A stretch of DNA of 32,000 bases, taken from Candidatus Harpocratesius repetitus. Its GTDB lineage: Archaea > Asgardarchaeota > Lokiarchaeia > Sigyniarchaeales > Promethearchaeaceae. The translations under genes and the position numbers were made by a program. Under the pieces are notes generated by a model. It was not told where the DNA came from. It worked only from the letters and a program-made list of their open reading frames with translations, and did not search any database. The stretch spans positions 1,440,001 to 1,472,000 of the forward strand of contig JAIZWK010000001.1 in assembly GCA_021498095.1 (NCBI GenBank), in the 5' to 3' direction. Shown piece by piece: positions 19,570 to 29,507 of this stretch (positions within the stretch are counted from its first letter, which is position 1; each line of letters opens with the position of its first letter).

Positions 19570-19956
19570 ATGGGGGAAAAAATCATGAAAAGTACTTACT
19601 ATAAATGTGAGAATTGTGATGAGTTATATGAAAAAGTTTTTGAAGGTACGGCATGTGCAGATGGGAAATGCCATCTTGATGCCTTATCACCAAAAACTGC
19701 AGATTGGAAAAACGAAAAGCATGTCCCTATAGTAGAAAAGACCGAGAAAGGAATAAAAGTCACCGTTGGATCAACTCTTCATCCAATGGTTGATGATCAT
19801 TGGATTACAATGATTGAAGTAATTTCAGGAAACAAACAATATCGTCAATACTTAAAACCAGGAGATCAGCCTGTAGCAGAATTTCCTATAGATGATGTGG
19901 ATGTCATAGCACGAGAATATTGTAATAAACATGGATTATGGTCAAATAAAGCATAA
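19570..19956 (+). CDS. sor: superoxide reductase (desulfoferrodoxin-type)
   Basis: EKHVP, HPMVDDHWI and EYCNKHGLW active-site motifs; N-terminal 4-Cys domain. Confidence 0.93.
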   Translation: MGEKIMKSTYYKCENCDELYEKVFEGTACADGKCHLDALSPKTADWKNEKHVPIVEKTEKGIKVTVGSTLHPMVDDHWITMIEVISGNKQYRQYLKPGDQPVAEFPIDDVDVIAREYCNKHGLWSNKA

Positions 19957-19985
19957 TTCAAAAATTAGGAAATGAAAATTAAGAA

Positions 19986-20507
19986 ATGAAGAGTGAGAAA
20001 AACATGTCAAAAAGTGAAAAGGATTTATTAGCTGCATTTGCAGGAGAGTCTCAAGCTAATCGTAAATATCTTGCATATGCAAAACAAGCAGATAAAGAGG
20101 GATTCCACCAAATTGCACGCGTTTTCCGTGCAGCTGCAGCTGCAGAGACAGTTCATGCCCATAATCACTTCCGAGTGTATGGTGGTGTTAAATCTTTGGT
20201 GGAAAATATTCAAGACGCGATTAATGGGGAACATTATGAATTTTCTGAAATGTATCCCGAATTTTTAAAAGATGCTCAAGAAGAAGGGAATAAAAAAGCG
20301 GAGCAGAGCTTTCATTGGGCTAATGAAGTAGAAAAAATTCATCACAAGTTGTATAGCAATGCTTTGACTGCTGCAGAAAAAGGGGAAGATCTACCTGAAA
20401 AGGATATGTATGTCTGCCCTGTATGTGGATATACTGTAGAAGGTGAACCTCCAGAAAATTGCCCTATCTGTAGTGCAAAAGGTTCGACATTTATGAAAAT
20501 TGAGTAG
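19986..20507 (+). CDS. rbr: rubrerythrin
   Basis: AFAGESQANRKY, AETVHA, GEHYE and EKIH diiron ligands; C-terminal CPVC..CPIC. Confidence 0.95.
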   Translation: MKSEKNMSKSEKDLLAAFAGESQANRKYLAYAKQADKEGFHQIARVFRAAAAAETVHAHNHFRVYGGVKSLVENIQDAINGEHYEFSEMYPEFLKDAQEEGNKKAEQSFHWANEVEKIHHKLYSNALTAAEKGEDLPEKDMYVCPVCGYTVEGEPPENCPICSAKGSTFMKIE

Positions 20508-20753
20508 TTTTTATGAAATAACTTGGTTTTTCTTCTTTTTTCTCTAATTTCTTCGTTTTTTGTTCTTTAAAAAAAATTACTTGACAGTTAATTGTGAAAA
20601 AAAGATTCCTTTCCGTAGATTTTACTTGACGGCTCTAAAGTGACCATATGAATTTCATCCATGGTCATACTGCATCCTTCTTCCCTTTTTTCGGTTTTGA
20701 CAAATTCTCTTCCAGATGTGAATATTTTTATGAAACGATATTTTTGAATAATT

Positions 20754-22625
20754 ATGCTAAACTTTAAAAATCCCTTTTTGTTCGCTCCTATTAAAACAGG
20801 ATACAGCGATGGTACCGGCATAGTGACTAAAGCTCACATTGATTTCTATAGGCAAAGATGCAATGATTTGGGAGCTGTAATAGTAGAACCTCTCTATTTG
20901 GCCTCTAATTTGCGTGAACTTCCCACACAACTTGGAATCGACAATGATGATAAAATCTTTGGTTTGAAAAATCTTGTTGATACAATTCATCGATTTGATA
21001 CAAAGGTTATTGCTCATTTAAATCATCCTGGTAGAATGAGTAATCCAAAAATTCCAAATAATATTTTTTATTCCTCAACTTCTAAACCTTGTGAGAATGG
21101 CGGTGCAAACCCAAAACAAATAAATAAAGAAGAAATGGATTTCATTCAGGAACAGTTTATCTCTGCGGCAAAGCGGGTCAAAGAAGCAGGATTTGACATG
21201 ATAGAACTGCAGTTTGGCCACGGATACTTATTTGCACAATTTATTTCTCCTGCTGTAAATGACAGAGAAGATGAATATGGGGGTTCTTTTGAAAATCGCA
21301 TCCGTTTTCCATTAAGTGTTTTCAAATCAATTAAAAATTTTGTTGATCTACCAATAATTGTGCGAATTAGTGGGGATGAAATGATTCCAGATGGTATTCA
21401 TATTGATGAGATGATTAAATTATCACAAATCTTGCAAGAAAATGGAGCTGCTGCAATTCATGTATCAGCTGGAACAGTATGTTCAACTCCACCATGGTTT
21501 TTCCAACATATGTTTATACCCAAAGGAAAAACATGGGATCTTGCCAAAAAAATCAAGGAATCAATAAATATTCCTGTAATTTTTGTGGGACGGATAGATT
21601 CTGCTGAAGATATACAAACCCTCATTGAAGAATATAATGCTGATTATTTTGCTATCGGAAGGGGGTTGGTAGCGGATCCACAAATTGTATCGAAATTGCA
21701 AGGAAAAAATCCAGATCCAATCGTCCCGTGTCTTGCATGTGTTGAAGGATGCTTAGGTGGTGTAAAATCTGGTAATGGATTGCAGTGCCTGGTAAATCCA
21801 AGCGTTCAAAAAGAAGAAATTAAGCAAGTTCAAGTAGAAAAAACTAAATATTTTGCGATTATTGGTGGAGGATTAGCAGGGATGGAAGCTGCTATAGTGT
21901 TATCTGAACGAGGCCATCGTGTGGATTTATTCGAGAAAGATGAACTAGGTGGTCAATTTCGCTTTGCACCGTTAACTCCTCATAAAAAAACACTTCAAAG
22001 CTTGATTCCTTCTTATATTGAAAGACTTAAAAAATTTAATGTCTCTGTAATCTATAAAGAGATAACCAAGCCTGAAGAACTTTCAGATTATGATGGAATT
22101 ATTATCGCAACTGGTTCTATCCCAAAAATACCACAAATTCCAAATCTATCTGATTATTTTTGGGCAGAGATTCTATTAGAAGAAAATCTTCCTCATAACA
22201 AATCTGTTTTAATTATTGGCGGGGGCTTGATCGGAGTCGATATTGCTACTGCATTGATTGAAAAAGGTAATCGTGTCATAATTGTAAAGCGAACGGAAAA
22301 TTTTGGAGGAAAAATGGAAATGATTGCCAAAAAGCTTTCTCTTAATTTTATGAAGAAAAAAAATGTTGTATTTTCTGATCATACTCATATTAAAAACATC
22401 CGAAAATTAGGTGAAAAATATTCCGTTGAGGCAGAACGTGATGGAAAAAAGATTAATTTTGAAGATATTGATCATATTGTAATTTCGACTGGTTTAGAAT
22501 CTTACAATCCTTTAGCAAATTGGGATTTGAGTGGAATTCCCACCTATGTAATAGGAGATGCATCAATGGTTGGAGATGCTCAAGACGCGATTTATTCTGC
22601 TTACAAATTGGCAATTACACTTTAG
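20754..22625 (+). CDS. NADH:flavin oxidoreductase (OYE / 2,4-dienoyl-CoA reductase-like) with 4Fe-4S and FAD domains
   Basis: HLNHPGR, ELQFGHGYL, NDREDEYGGSFENR, CLACVEGC..C, GGGLAG and GGGLIG motifs. Confidence 0.92.
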   Translation: MLNFKNPFLFAPIKTGYSDGTGIVTKAHIDFYRQRCNDLGAVIVEPLYLASNLRELPTQLGIDNDDKIFGLKNLVDTIHRFDTKVIAHLNHPGRMSNPKIPNNIFYSSTSKPCENGGANPKQINKEEMDFIQEQFISAAKRVKEAGFDMIELQFGHGYLFAQFISPAVNDREDEYGGSFENRIRFPLSVFKSIKNFVDLPIIVRISGDEMIPDGIHIDEMIKLSQILQENGAAAIHVSAGTVCSTPPWFFQHMFIPKGKTWDLAKKIKESINIPVIFVGRIDSAEDIQTLIEEYNADYFAIGRGLVADPQIVSKLQGKNPDPIVPCLACVEGCLGGVKSGNGLQCLVNPSVQKEEIKQVQVEKTKYFAIIGGGLAGMEAAIVLSERGHRVDLFEKDELGGQFRFAPLTPHKKTLQSLIPSYIERLKKFNVSVIYKEITKPEELSDYDGIIIATGSIPKIPQIPNLSDYFWAEILLEENLPHNKSVLIIGGGLIGVDIATALIEKGNRVIIVKRTENFGGKMEMIAKKLSLNFMKKKNVVFSDHTHIKNIRKLGEKYSVEAERDGKKINFEDIDHIVISTGLESYNPLANWDLSGIPTYVIGDASMVGDAQDAIYSAYKLAITL

Positions 22626-22680
22626 AGATATTAAATTCTTCAGGTTTCACTTATCGAGTTATATCTTTATGTTGAAATTG

Positions 22681-22735
22681 TTTGTTTTTTTTGCTTTTTT
22701 TCCTTCTTTTTCTCTTTTCTGACCTTTGTCTTTTC
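22681..22735 (+). terminator. long U/pyrimidine tract after the OYE gene
   Basis: About 55 nt consisting almost entirely of T and C. Confidence 0.4.
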
Positions 22736-22767
22736 ATATGATTATTAAATTTAATTGTTTCATTATT

Positions 22768-23616
22768 TTATCGTAATTCTGCATGATTTTCTTCAAGGCT
22801 GTTCAACCATGCTACAATTTTGGGAGAAAAAACCACCCAAGGATTGTTCCTCAGCCAAAATCGTTTCAATTTTTTCAATTTAGTAATCTCAATTGGAAGT
22901 TCTGTTAAAGCATTATTTTTTATAATTAAATCAGATAAATTCTGCAAATTTCCAATACTACGTGGTAATTCAATTAATTGATTGCCGTCCAAATTCAATT
23001 CTTGAAGATTTTTCAATTTTCCAATTTCTTCTGGTAAAGTACTAATGTTATTTTGATATAGTGAAAACTCTTTTAATTCGATTAAATTTCCAATTTTTGA
23101 AGGGATTTCCATAATATAATTATTTCCTAAAGCTAAAATTTGCAGTTCTTTTAAATTTCCGATCCATGAAGGTATTACGCTAAGATCATTATCAAATGCA
23201 GATAAAATTTTCAAGTGTTTGCAATAATGCAACGATTTTGGAAAATTTTTCAAATTTGTTTTTGCAATATATAATTCTTCTAAAAGTGGGAAACTGGAAA
23301 AAATTGAAGAAAGTGTTCTTAATGGATTATTAGAGAGATCTAATAATTGCAATTGTGAAAGTTGAGTGAATTCTTTAGGAATTGAAGAAATCAAATTGTT
23401 ACTTAATTTCAATATTCTTAATGAGGTTAATAAGGAAATTTTTCGAGGAATATGCTTAATTTTGCAATTTGACAGAAAAAGACCTATAATTTTACCGTCT
23501 TTTATCATATATCCTGGCTTTTCTGCATCTATTTTGCAATTTTCTAATAAAGAACAGTTAATTTCTTTTTCAATTAACTGAATAATGTGCTTAGTTCTCT
23601 CCGGAAGATTTCCCAT
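22768..23616 (-). CDS. leucine-rich repeat protein
   Basis: About 9 repeats of LxxLxLxxNxLxxLPxxIxxLxx. Likely start is ATG 23616 (the ORF track extends to 23676). Confidence 0.9.
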   Translation of the reverse strand: MGNLPERTKHIIQLIEKEINCSLLENCKIDAEKPGYMIKDGKIIGLFLSNCKIKHIPRKISLLTSLRILKLSNNLISSIPKEFTQLSQLQLLDLSNNPLRTLSSIFSSFPLLEELYIAKTNLKNFPKSLHYCKHLKILSAFDNDLSVIPSWIGNLKELQILALGNNYIMEIPSKIGNLIELKEFSLYQNNISTLPEEIGKLKNLQELNLDGNQLIELPRSIGNLQNLSDLIIKNNALTELPIEITKLKKLKRFWLRNNPWVVFSPKIVAWLNSLEENHAELR

Positions 23617-23655
23617 AATACTAAAAAATATGTTCTTCCTAAAATATATAAGCTC

Positions 23656-25098
23656 ATGGTCAACGAAGAATTCCAATCACATCCCGAAATTCTAAAAATC
23701 TCGCGAATTTTCCGAGCTTTAGCTTATCCCAAACGCTTGGAGATTTTAATGGCTCTTTTCACAGAGAAATCATTAGAATTTGCTCAATTATTAACGATTA
23801 TATCATTGGGAAAGACAGCACTTGCCAATCATCTAGCTGAATTGGAAAAACTTCGGTTAATATCTAAACCCAAACGCGGTGTTTATACAATAACAAATCG
23901 GGGTAGAAGATTTCTTAAACTAAATACTTCACTTTATGAAGAGATGGAAAATGAACCTATTGATAATGATTTTATTGCAAATGATAAACATAATATTGGT
24001 ATTATGAAGAACGTTGATGGAATGGATAAAATTCTTGAAATTGAGGGAGAAAATAGATTAGGTGAAATAAGTAAAGTAAATGATGTCTTTAATATTAGTG
24101 CGCGAAATCATGTTCAAATGAAACCTCATCCAAATTCTTTTATTGGCTGTCTATCTGGATTGTTACCTTTGTTTGAATTGGAATTTGATGCAGTAGATCT
24201 TGCTGGAATTACTGGTTTTGCATTTTTATATAGATTTCCCAAATACATACCAGAAAAACTTTCAAATATTCCTTTAGGGATAGATATATGGAAATTTATT
24301 AAACAAAATCTAAGTTTATTCAAAATTCCGATGAATATGCTGCAAATTCATTCATCATTTCCCGCTTCTCCCAATTCTATTACATTAGAAGATTTAGCAA
24401 GAGCTCAAAAAATTTACCGCTTGATTACTAAAAATATTATGGAATTTGGTTATCCTGTAATTATATGGGGTGGAGTTCTTGCAGAGTATTATTTGGTTAA
24501 TGAAATTGAAGGATTCAATTATATTATGAATGGCTTGGATAAAAAGAATAATATAGCGTCTCAGTCTCTTAGATTTGATTCAATTAATTCTCCATATTAT
24601 ATGCAAATATGGTTTTATTCACCTCAAGACAATCAATCTTCTCGTCGAGGAGATGTTCATGATATCATTCATCAAGCAATTCAATTTTTGGAAGGTAATG
24701 AATTGGATAAGCAAAAATATTATACTGGAATTGAAGCAATTAAGCATTGGGCAGAAATTCTTGAATCTCATGAAAAACAAGGAGAGAGATTTAATGAATA
24801 TTTTAATTATTTATTAGGATCATATACAAAAAATCAATTTCTTGAAGCATCTGAATGTTTAAAGCGAATTATTAAAAAATATCCTAGAAAAACATGGAAT
24901 CATTATTTAGAAGAAGCTGTATTTCATTTTAGTAATGCATATAAGCGAATGCAGAAATTTTCTGTTCTATTTCCTGTAAATTTTTATAATCAAAATTTGC
25001 CTGCAGTTTTTGAATCAGGGGCAATCTTATTGAATTTTTGTGCTACTGATGTGAGCAATGCATTGAAAGCCTTGAAAAGTGCAGAAGTTCTATGGTGA
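23656..25098 (+). CDS. ArsR-type wHTH regulator fused to a large C-terminal domain
   Basis: FRALAYPKRLEIL..LANHLAELEKLRLI..GVYTITNRG. Likely start is ATG 23656, because the track start at 23587 overlaps the LRR gene. Confidence 0.8.
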   Translation: MVNEEFQSHPEILKISRIFRALAYPKRLEILMALFTEKSLEFAQLLTIISLGKTALANHLAELEKLRLISKPKRGVYTITNRGRRFLKLNTSLYEEMENEPIDNDFIANDKHNIGIMKNVDGMDKILEIEGENRLGEISKVNDVFNISARNHVQMKPHPNSFIGCLSGLLPLFELEFDAVDLAGITGFAFLYRFPKYIPEKLSNIPLGIDIWKFIKQNLSLFKIPMNMLQIHSSFPASPNSITLEDLARAQKIYRLITKNIMEFGYPVIIWGGVLAEYYLVNEIEGFNYIMNGLDKKNNIASQSLRFDSINSPYYMQIWFYSPQDNQSSRRGDVHDIIHQAIQFLEGNELDKQKYYTGIEAIKHWAEILESHEKQGERFNEYFNYLLGSYTKNQFLEASECLKRIIKKYPRKTWNHYLEEAVFHFSNAYKRMQKFSVLFPVNFYNQNLPAVFESGAILLNFCATDVSNALKALKSAEVLW

Positions 25099-25221
25099 TC
25101 TTTCATTTTTTAATGAAATCTTCAAAGAATTTTAAGAATACAATTAACTTATATTGTTAAGAAAATATGAAAAAATGATATTATTGTGAGTATTCGTAAT
25201 TTTAGAAGGAAAATTGTTATT

Positions 25222-26091
25222 CTAAATGCTCCGTTTTGCTTCAATTAATACTTTAAGTTTTTCAATATCCCCTTTTCGTTTATAGAGGGGATCAGTTCGC
25301 TTTTTATAAGCTGCAGATTGTTCCCAGAACACTGGTTTCCCTTTTTCTTCATAGAAAATTCCCGTTGGATATGGATCATGCTCTAATGCCTTTGCAAAAG
25401 CTGCTTTTCGATCGTGGATATCATGATCTTTTTCAATTATATATGTATGCTCTTTATACCATTGGAATGAATTGAGCTTATTCATCGATACACATTGAAC
25501 TAAGCTATCAACCAATGCATATCCCTTATGATTAATTGCTTGTTTTAAAATATCAATAGTCTGTTCTTTATTTCCCACAAACACTCTTGCAACAAATGTG
25601 GCGCCCATAGCTATTGCAACAGCAATTGGGTTAAATGGTTCATTAGTTACTCCCATGACTTGCACCGGTGTTTTCATTCCTTTTAAGCTGGTTGGAGACG
25701 CTTGGCCTTTAGTAAGGCCGTAAATCATATTGTTATGTGCAATATGCACAATATCAGAATTTCTTTCGATCTGAGCTAAAAAGTGATTTCCTCCTTCACC
25801 ATAACTGCAACCATCTCCGCTTGTTACAATTACTTTTAGGGTGGGATTTGCTGCTTTAATCGCCATTGCAGCAGGTAAAGCTCTTCCGTGGAGTCCATTG
25901 AACATATTCCCTTTCATATATTGTGGAAGCTTTGCTGCTTGACCAATTCCAGAGACAAAAACTAAATTCTTTGGTGGAATATGTAATTCTGCAAGAGCTT
26001 CACGTAGATATCGATGGAGAATAAAATGTCCACATCCAGGGCACCATGCTTTTTCATGAGGCATATCATATAATTTTGCATTATAATCCAT
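25222..26091 (-). CDS. korB: 2-oxoacid:ferredoxin oxidoreductase beta subunit (TPP-binding)
   Basis: WCPGCG, VSGIG, HGRALP, GDG..YGEG and [15 protein letters not shown] motifs. Confidence 0.92.
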   Translation of the reverse strand: MDYNAKLYDMPHEKAWCPGCGHFILHRYLREALAELHIPPKNLVFVSGIGQAAKLPQYMKGNMFNGLHGRALPAAMAIKAANPTLKVIVTSGDGCSYGEGGNHFLAQIERNSDIVHIAHNNMIYGLTKGQASPTSLKGMKTPVQVMGVTNEPFNPIAVAIAMGATFVARVFVGNKEQTIDILKQAINHKGYALVDSLVQCVSMNKLNSFQWYKEHTYIIEKDHDIHDRKAAFAKALEHDPYPTGIFYEEKGKPVFWEQSAAYKKRTDPLYKRKGDIEKLKVLIEAKRSI

Positions 26092-26253
26092 TTATATTAC
26101 CTCCTTTTCAATAATTGCAACTATTTCTTCCACCGACCAAGGTTTTCCTGAAAATCGAAGATATTTTTGAGAGTCTGGAATATCAAAGTTAGCTTCTAAT
26201 TTCCGCTTATAAAATGTTGTGATTATAAAAGCACTGAATAAAATATCATCCAT
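26092..26253 (-). pseudogene. C-terminal remnant of the 2-oxoacid:ferredoxin oxidoreductase alpha subunit
   Basis: 53-codon frame ending KLEANFDIPDSQKYLRFSGKPWSVEEIVAIIEKEVI*. Its stop abuts the beta ATG, and it contains the beta GGAGGT SD. Confidence 0.65.
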
Positions 26254-26377
26254 TTATGAAAAAGAAGAAGAACTTTGATCATTAGGATAAAATCTATGAA
26301 TAAACAAAGATTAAAGGAAAAATCAAAAAAAAGGATTATTTAACCCAATATGTAAAAAATAATTTTCTTTATTATGT

Positions 26378-26530
26378 CTACTGCTTTTCAAAATCGTCTT
26401 TAGATGCTCCACATACTGGGCATTCAAAATCATCTGGAAGATCCTCAAACTTTGTTCCAGCAGGATAATCTCCATATCCTTCTTCTTCATTATATTCCCA
26501 GCCACATACTGAACAAACCCAAATTGCCAT
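26378..26530 (-). CDS. rubredoxin (50 aa)
   Basis: Hand translation [50 protein letters not shown]; below the size cutoff of the ORF track. Confidence 0.95.
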   Translation of the reverse strand: MAIWVCSVCGWEYNEEEGYGDYPAGTKFEDLPDDFECPVCGASKDDFEKQ

Positions 26531-26638
26531 ATTATTTTCACCTATTGCATAAGGATTTTACTATACTTAAATCCCATTATACGTATTATATGATCAACTC
26601 GCTCTTTTAAAAAATTTTAGGAAATATTTCATAATTAA

Positions 26639-27283
26639 ATTAAGTCGAAAGAACCACGCAAAATTTATACTCCACCATTAGTCCAAAATGATCTTATTAA
26701 AAAAATTATTCCATATCTTAAGGAACTGAACATAAATATTGTTCGTATTTGGCCAACGATTCAGAACAAAATACATTGTGCAACTATTAATGATGAAGCG
26801 TTTTATCTATTTAGTGATTCTGGATTTCATATTATTTTAAATCTACCAGTAAATTGGAACATTAAACCATCATTTTCGGAATTGAAAGCGTTTTTAAAGC
26901 GATATTCACCAGATAAATTTCCAGAAATTGATATTTATTGTATTAGTATTGAAAGTTATCATGGATTTCGGACACCAATTGTTTATATTAATGCAGTCCA
27001 AAAATTAACAAAATACTTAATTAATCGCTTAACATTAATGACTAATGCAAATTTGAATAAACCTTAGTATTTTGATGCTGATATCGTTGGTGCGGATTTT
27101 TTTACTTACCTTTATTCAATTTCAAACCAAGATTTTAGCGATGTAGGTGCTGTGGCAAGAATGATGCTTGAAGATGCTAATGACGTATATAATATTTATC
27201 CTCGTGCATTATTGCTTCTTTTCGAAAAATTTAGAGATATTTGTTATAGATTTAAGCATTATTATGAAAAAACTCACAGTTAA
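26639..27283 (+). pseudogene. start-less ~215-codon frame with a single in-frame TAG (27065-27067)
   Basis: 142 open codons, then TAG, then 71 open codons to TAA. Protein-like composition on both sides; family not recognised. Confidence 0.5.
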
Positions 27284-27397
27284 AATTGATTCCGTTTTTA
27301 AAATAATTTTTAATATATTATAATTTGCTATTTTCTTCCAAATATTACCAACTATAGTTGCTAAGTTTTATATGGAACTCCCCAATGATATCTTATA

Positions 27398-28741
27398 ATG
27401 AATAATTCACAAATAATGGAAATTTTAGTCGATTGGAATCTTTGGGGTAATTTTGATGTAGACTGTATCATTCGCCCTAATTATATAAAAAGAATTACTC
27501 AATTAGTATCACCTAAAAAAGCCACAATCGTTAAGGGTATTCGTCGTGCAGGAAAATCGTATTTAGTATATTCTTTTTTATTATCGCAATTAAATAAGAA
27601 TAATCGCATTAAGGGAAAAAGTGAAACTTTGATTATTAATTGTGAAGACCCAAGATTATTCAATATTGAGGCAAAAGATCTTTTAAAAATCTATGATGTA
27701 TATATGGAAGAAGTATGTATTGGAGAGGAACCTTATGTTTTAATTGATGAAATTCAGAATGTGCGGCGATGGGAAAAGGCAGTTCATTATTTAATTGAGA
27801 CAAAAAAAGTGAAATTAATAATTACGGGATCGAGTTCAAAACTCTTAAGTGATGAGTATGCTTCAACAATTGGAGGGAGATATATCGCTTTAAATGTACT
27901 TCCATTGTCATTTAAAGAAATTTTGATCTTTAAAGGAATCATAGAATTGAATGAAATTAACGAAATTGGTTTAATACAAGATTTAACAATCCTAAAAAAA
28001 AAGAGGCAAATAAAAAAAAGTCTTAAAGAATTTATGCAATTTGGGGGATTTCCTGAAGTCGTACTTGAGAAAAATATACAAAAAAGAAAATTAATCCTTC
28101 TGAATTATATTCAAACAATAATTTCAAAAGATCTTTCGATTAGATATGAAATTCGAAATATTGTGAAATTAACTGAAATGATAAAATTGTTCCTAACAAA
28201 TATTGCTACATTACAATCGATAAATAAAATTAGTAAAACTCTCAAACTCTCTAATGAAACAGCAATGAATTATACAAAATATCTACAAAACGTTGGATTA
28301 CTCTATTTTCTTTCTAAAATTGATTTTTCATTAAAAAAACAAATTTTAGCAAATAAAAAAGTATATTGTATAGATACTGGAATTGCGATGCAATATAGCT
28401 TTAATTTCATTGAAAAATTTGGTAGATATTTAGAAAATATGGTAGCAATTGAGTTAATTCGTAGATATGGAGAATCAAATGTATATTATTGGAAAGATTC
28501 AAATCAACATGAGATAGATTTTGTTGTGTATAAAAATAGTAAAGTAATCACTTTAATACAAGTTACTTTTGATTTAACTGATGATAAAACAAAGAATAGA
28601 GAATATCGTTCTCTATTATTTGCAAATAGACATTTCAACTGTAAAAAATTAGAGATAATAACATGGGATAATGAATTTGAAGAGAAATTTGATGGAATAA
28701 ATATTAAAGTATTCGCTTTCTGGAAGTGGGCTTTACAATAA
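27398..28741 (+). CDS. AAA+ ATPase (AAA_14) with DUF4143/PD-(D/E)xK-like C-terminus
   Basis: GIRRAGKS Walker A, LIDEIQ Walker B, ITGSSS, GGFPE, KKVYCIDTG and EIDFV motifs. Confidence 0.9.
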   Translation: MNNSQIMEILVDWNLWGNFDVDCIIRPNYIKRITQLVSPKKATIVKGIRRAGKSYLVYSFLLSQLNKNNRIKGKSETLIINCEDPRLFNIEAKDLLKIYDVYMEEVCIGEEPYVLIDEIQNVRRWEKAVHYLIETKKVKLIITGSSSKLLSDEYASTIGGRYIALNVLPLSFKEILIFKGIIELNEINEIGLIQDLTILKKKRQIKKSLKEFMQFGGFPEVVLEKNIQKRKLILLNYIQTIISKDLSIRYEIRNIVKLTEMIKLFLTNIATLQSINKISKTLKLSNETAMNYTKYLQNVGLLYFLSKIDFSLKKQILANKKVYCIDTGIAMQYSFNFIEKFGRYLENMVAIELIRRYGESNVYYWKDSNQHEIDFVVYKNSKVITLIQVTFDLTDDKTKNREYRSLLFANRHFNCKKLEIITWDNEFEEKFDGINIKVFAFWKWALQ

Positions 28742-29507
28742 AAAGCGCATTTGCTATAATTATATGTACTTAAGATTTGGTTATCTAATACGAAATCTGG
28801 TGCTCTTATTCCCAGATTTAGATCTATTCTTTCTTTAAATTTTTCAATACTCTCTATTTTTACATCTCCTGATTTCTTTATATGCATCAATTTCTGTATT
28901 AAGTGATTCTATCCAGATTATTTATAATTATAGGATGTAAGTATATATCTTCTGTTTTTAATATGGTATAATAGTGGATTTTATGAGAAAAGAAGTACTT
29001 GATTCATTGATTCATTAATATCTTCAGTATAATCGATATCGGTTGGTATAATATCTCTTAATCATTTCTTATTTCAAGTAGAGCTAAGTGAATTGGTAAA
29101 ATTATCCTAATCTATAAAAATATCCCTTGCAGAAATTGCTGGCTCTATCCAGATGAATAATAAAGTGTAAGAAAGAATTGGAGTAACTATGGAGCATCTT
29201 AAATTCTTCTTTCAAAATTTCAAGAGAATTTAAATATTAAAACACAATCTAGCGATTCAATATGCAATTTAGGTGAGAAAATCTTTGATTTTGTCAAATC
29301 TACGACACAATTTACGACTTTGATTTTATTGCCAAGATAGATTTGATCAATATATTTACAGATTATTAAAGTTGAAGAAAAACAAAAACAAACTTTTATG
29401 AGATATCATTAATAAAATTGCAGATAAACCATAGAAATAAATATCTTTTTTGCCTTTTTTGCTTTAAGGTATTTGTAATTTAAATTCGAATTTCTCTGAA
29501 ATTTGAG

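Noticed and set aside
20588-20821. 77-aa minus ORF overlapping the OYE start
   Set aside because: It overlaps a confident gene and has no recognisable motif. A 26-aa sub-ORF (MTMDEIH...) cannot be supported.
22768-23616. LRR gene as a DNA tandem repeat or part of a Roco/defence system
   Set aside because: The repeats exist only at the protein level, and there is no GTPase, TIR or NTPase domain in the ORF.
1752-24817. Short ORFs nested in larger genes (1752, 4631, 7219, 11253, 12004, 16387, 18410, 20028, 20038, 20757, 23366, 24126, 24575)
   Set aside because: They overlap well-supported genes on the opposite strand or in another frame and show no motifs.
26323-26610. Track ORFs 26323..26541(-) and 26404..26610(+)
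   Set aside because: They are alternative-frame and antisense shadows of the 50-aa rubredoxin at 26378..26530.
28504-28890. 128-aa minus ORF as a full gene
   Set aside because: Most of it is antisense to the AAA ATPase; only the first ~35 codons are possibly meaningful (see finding).
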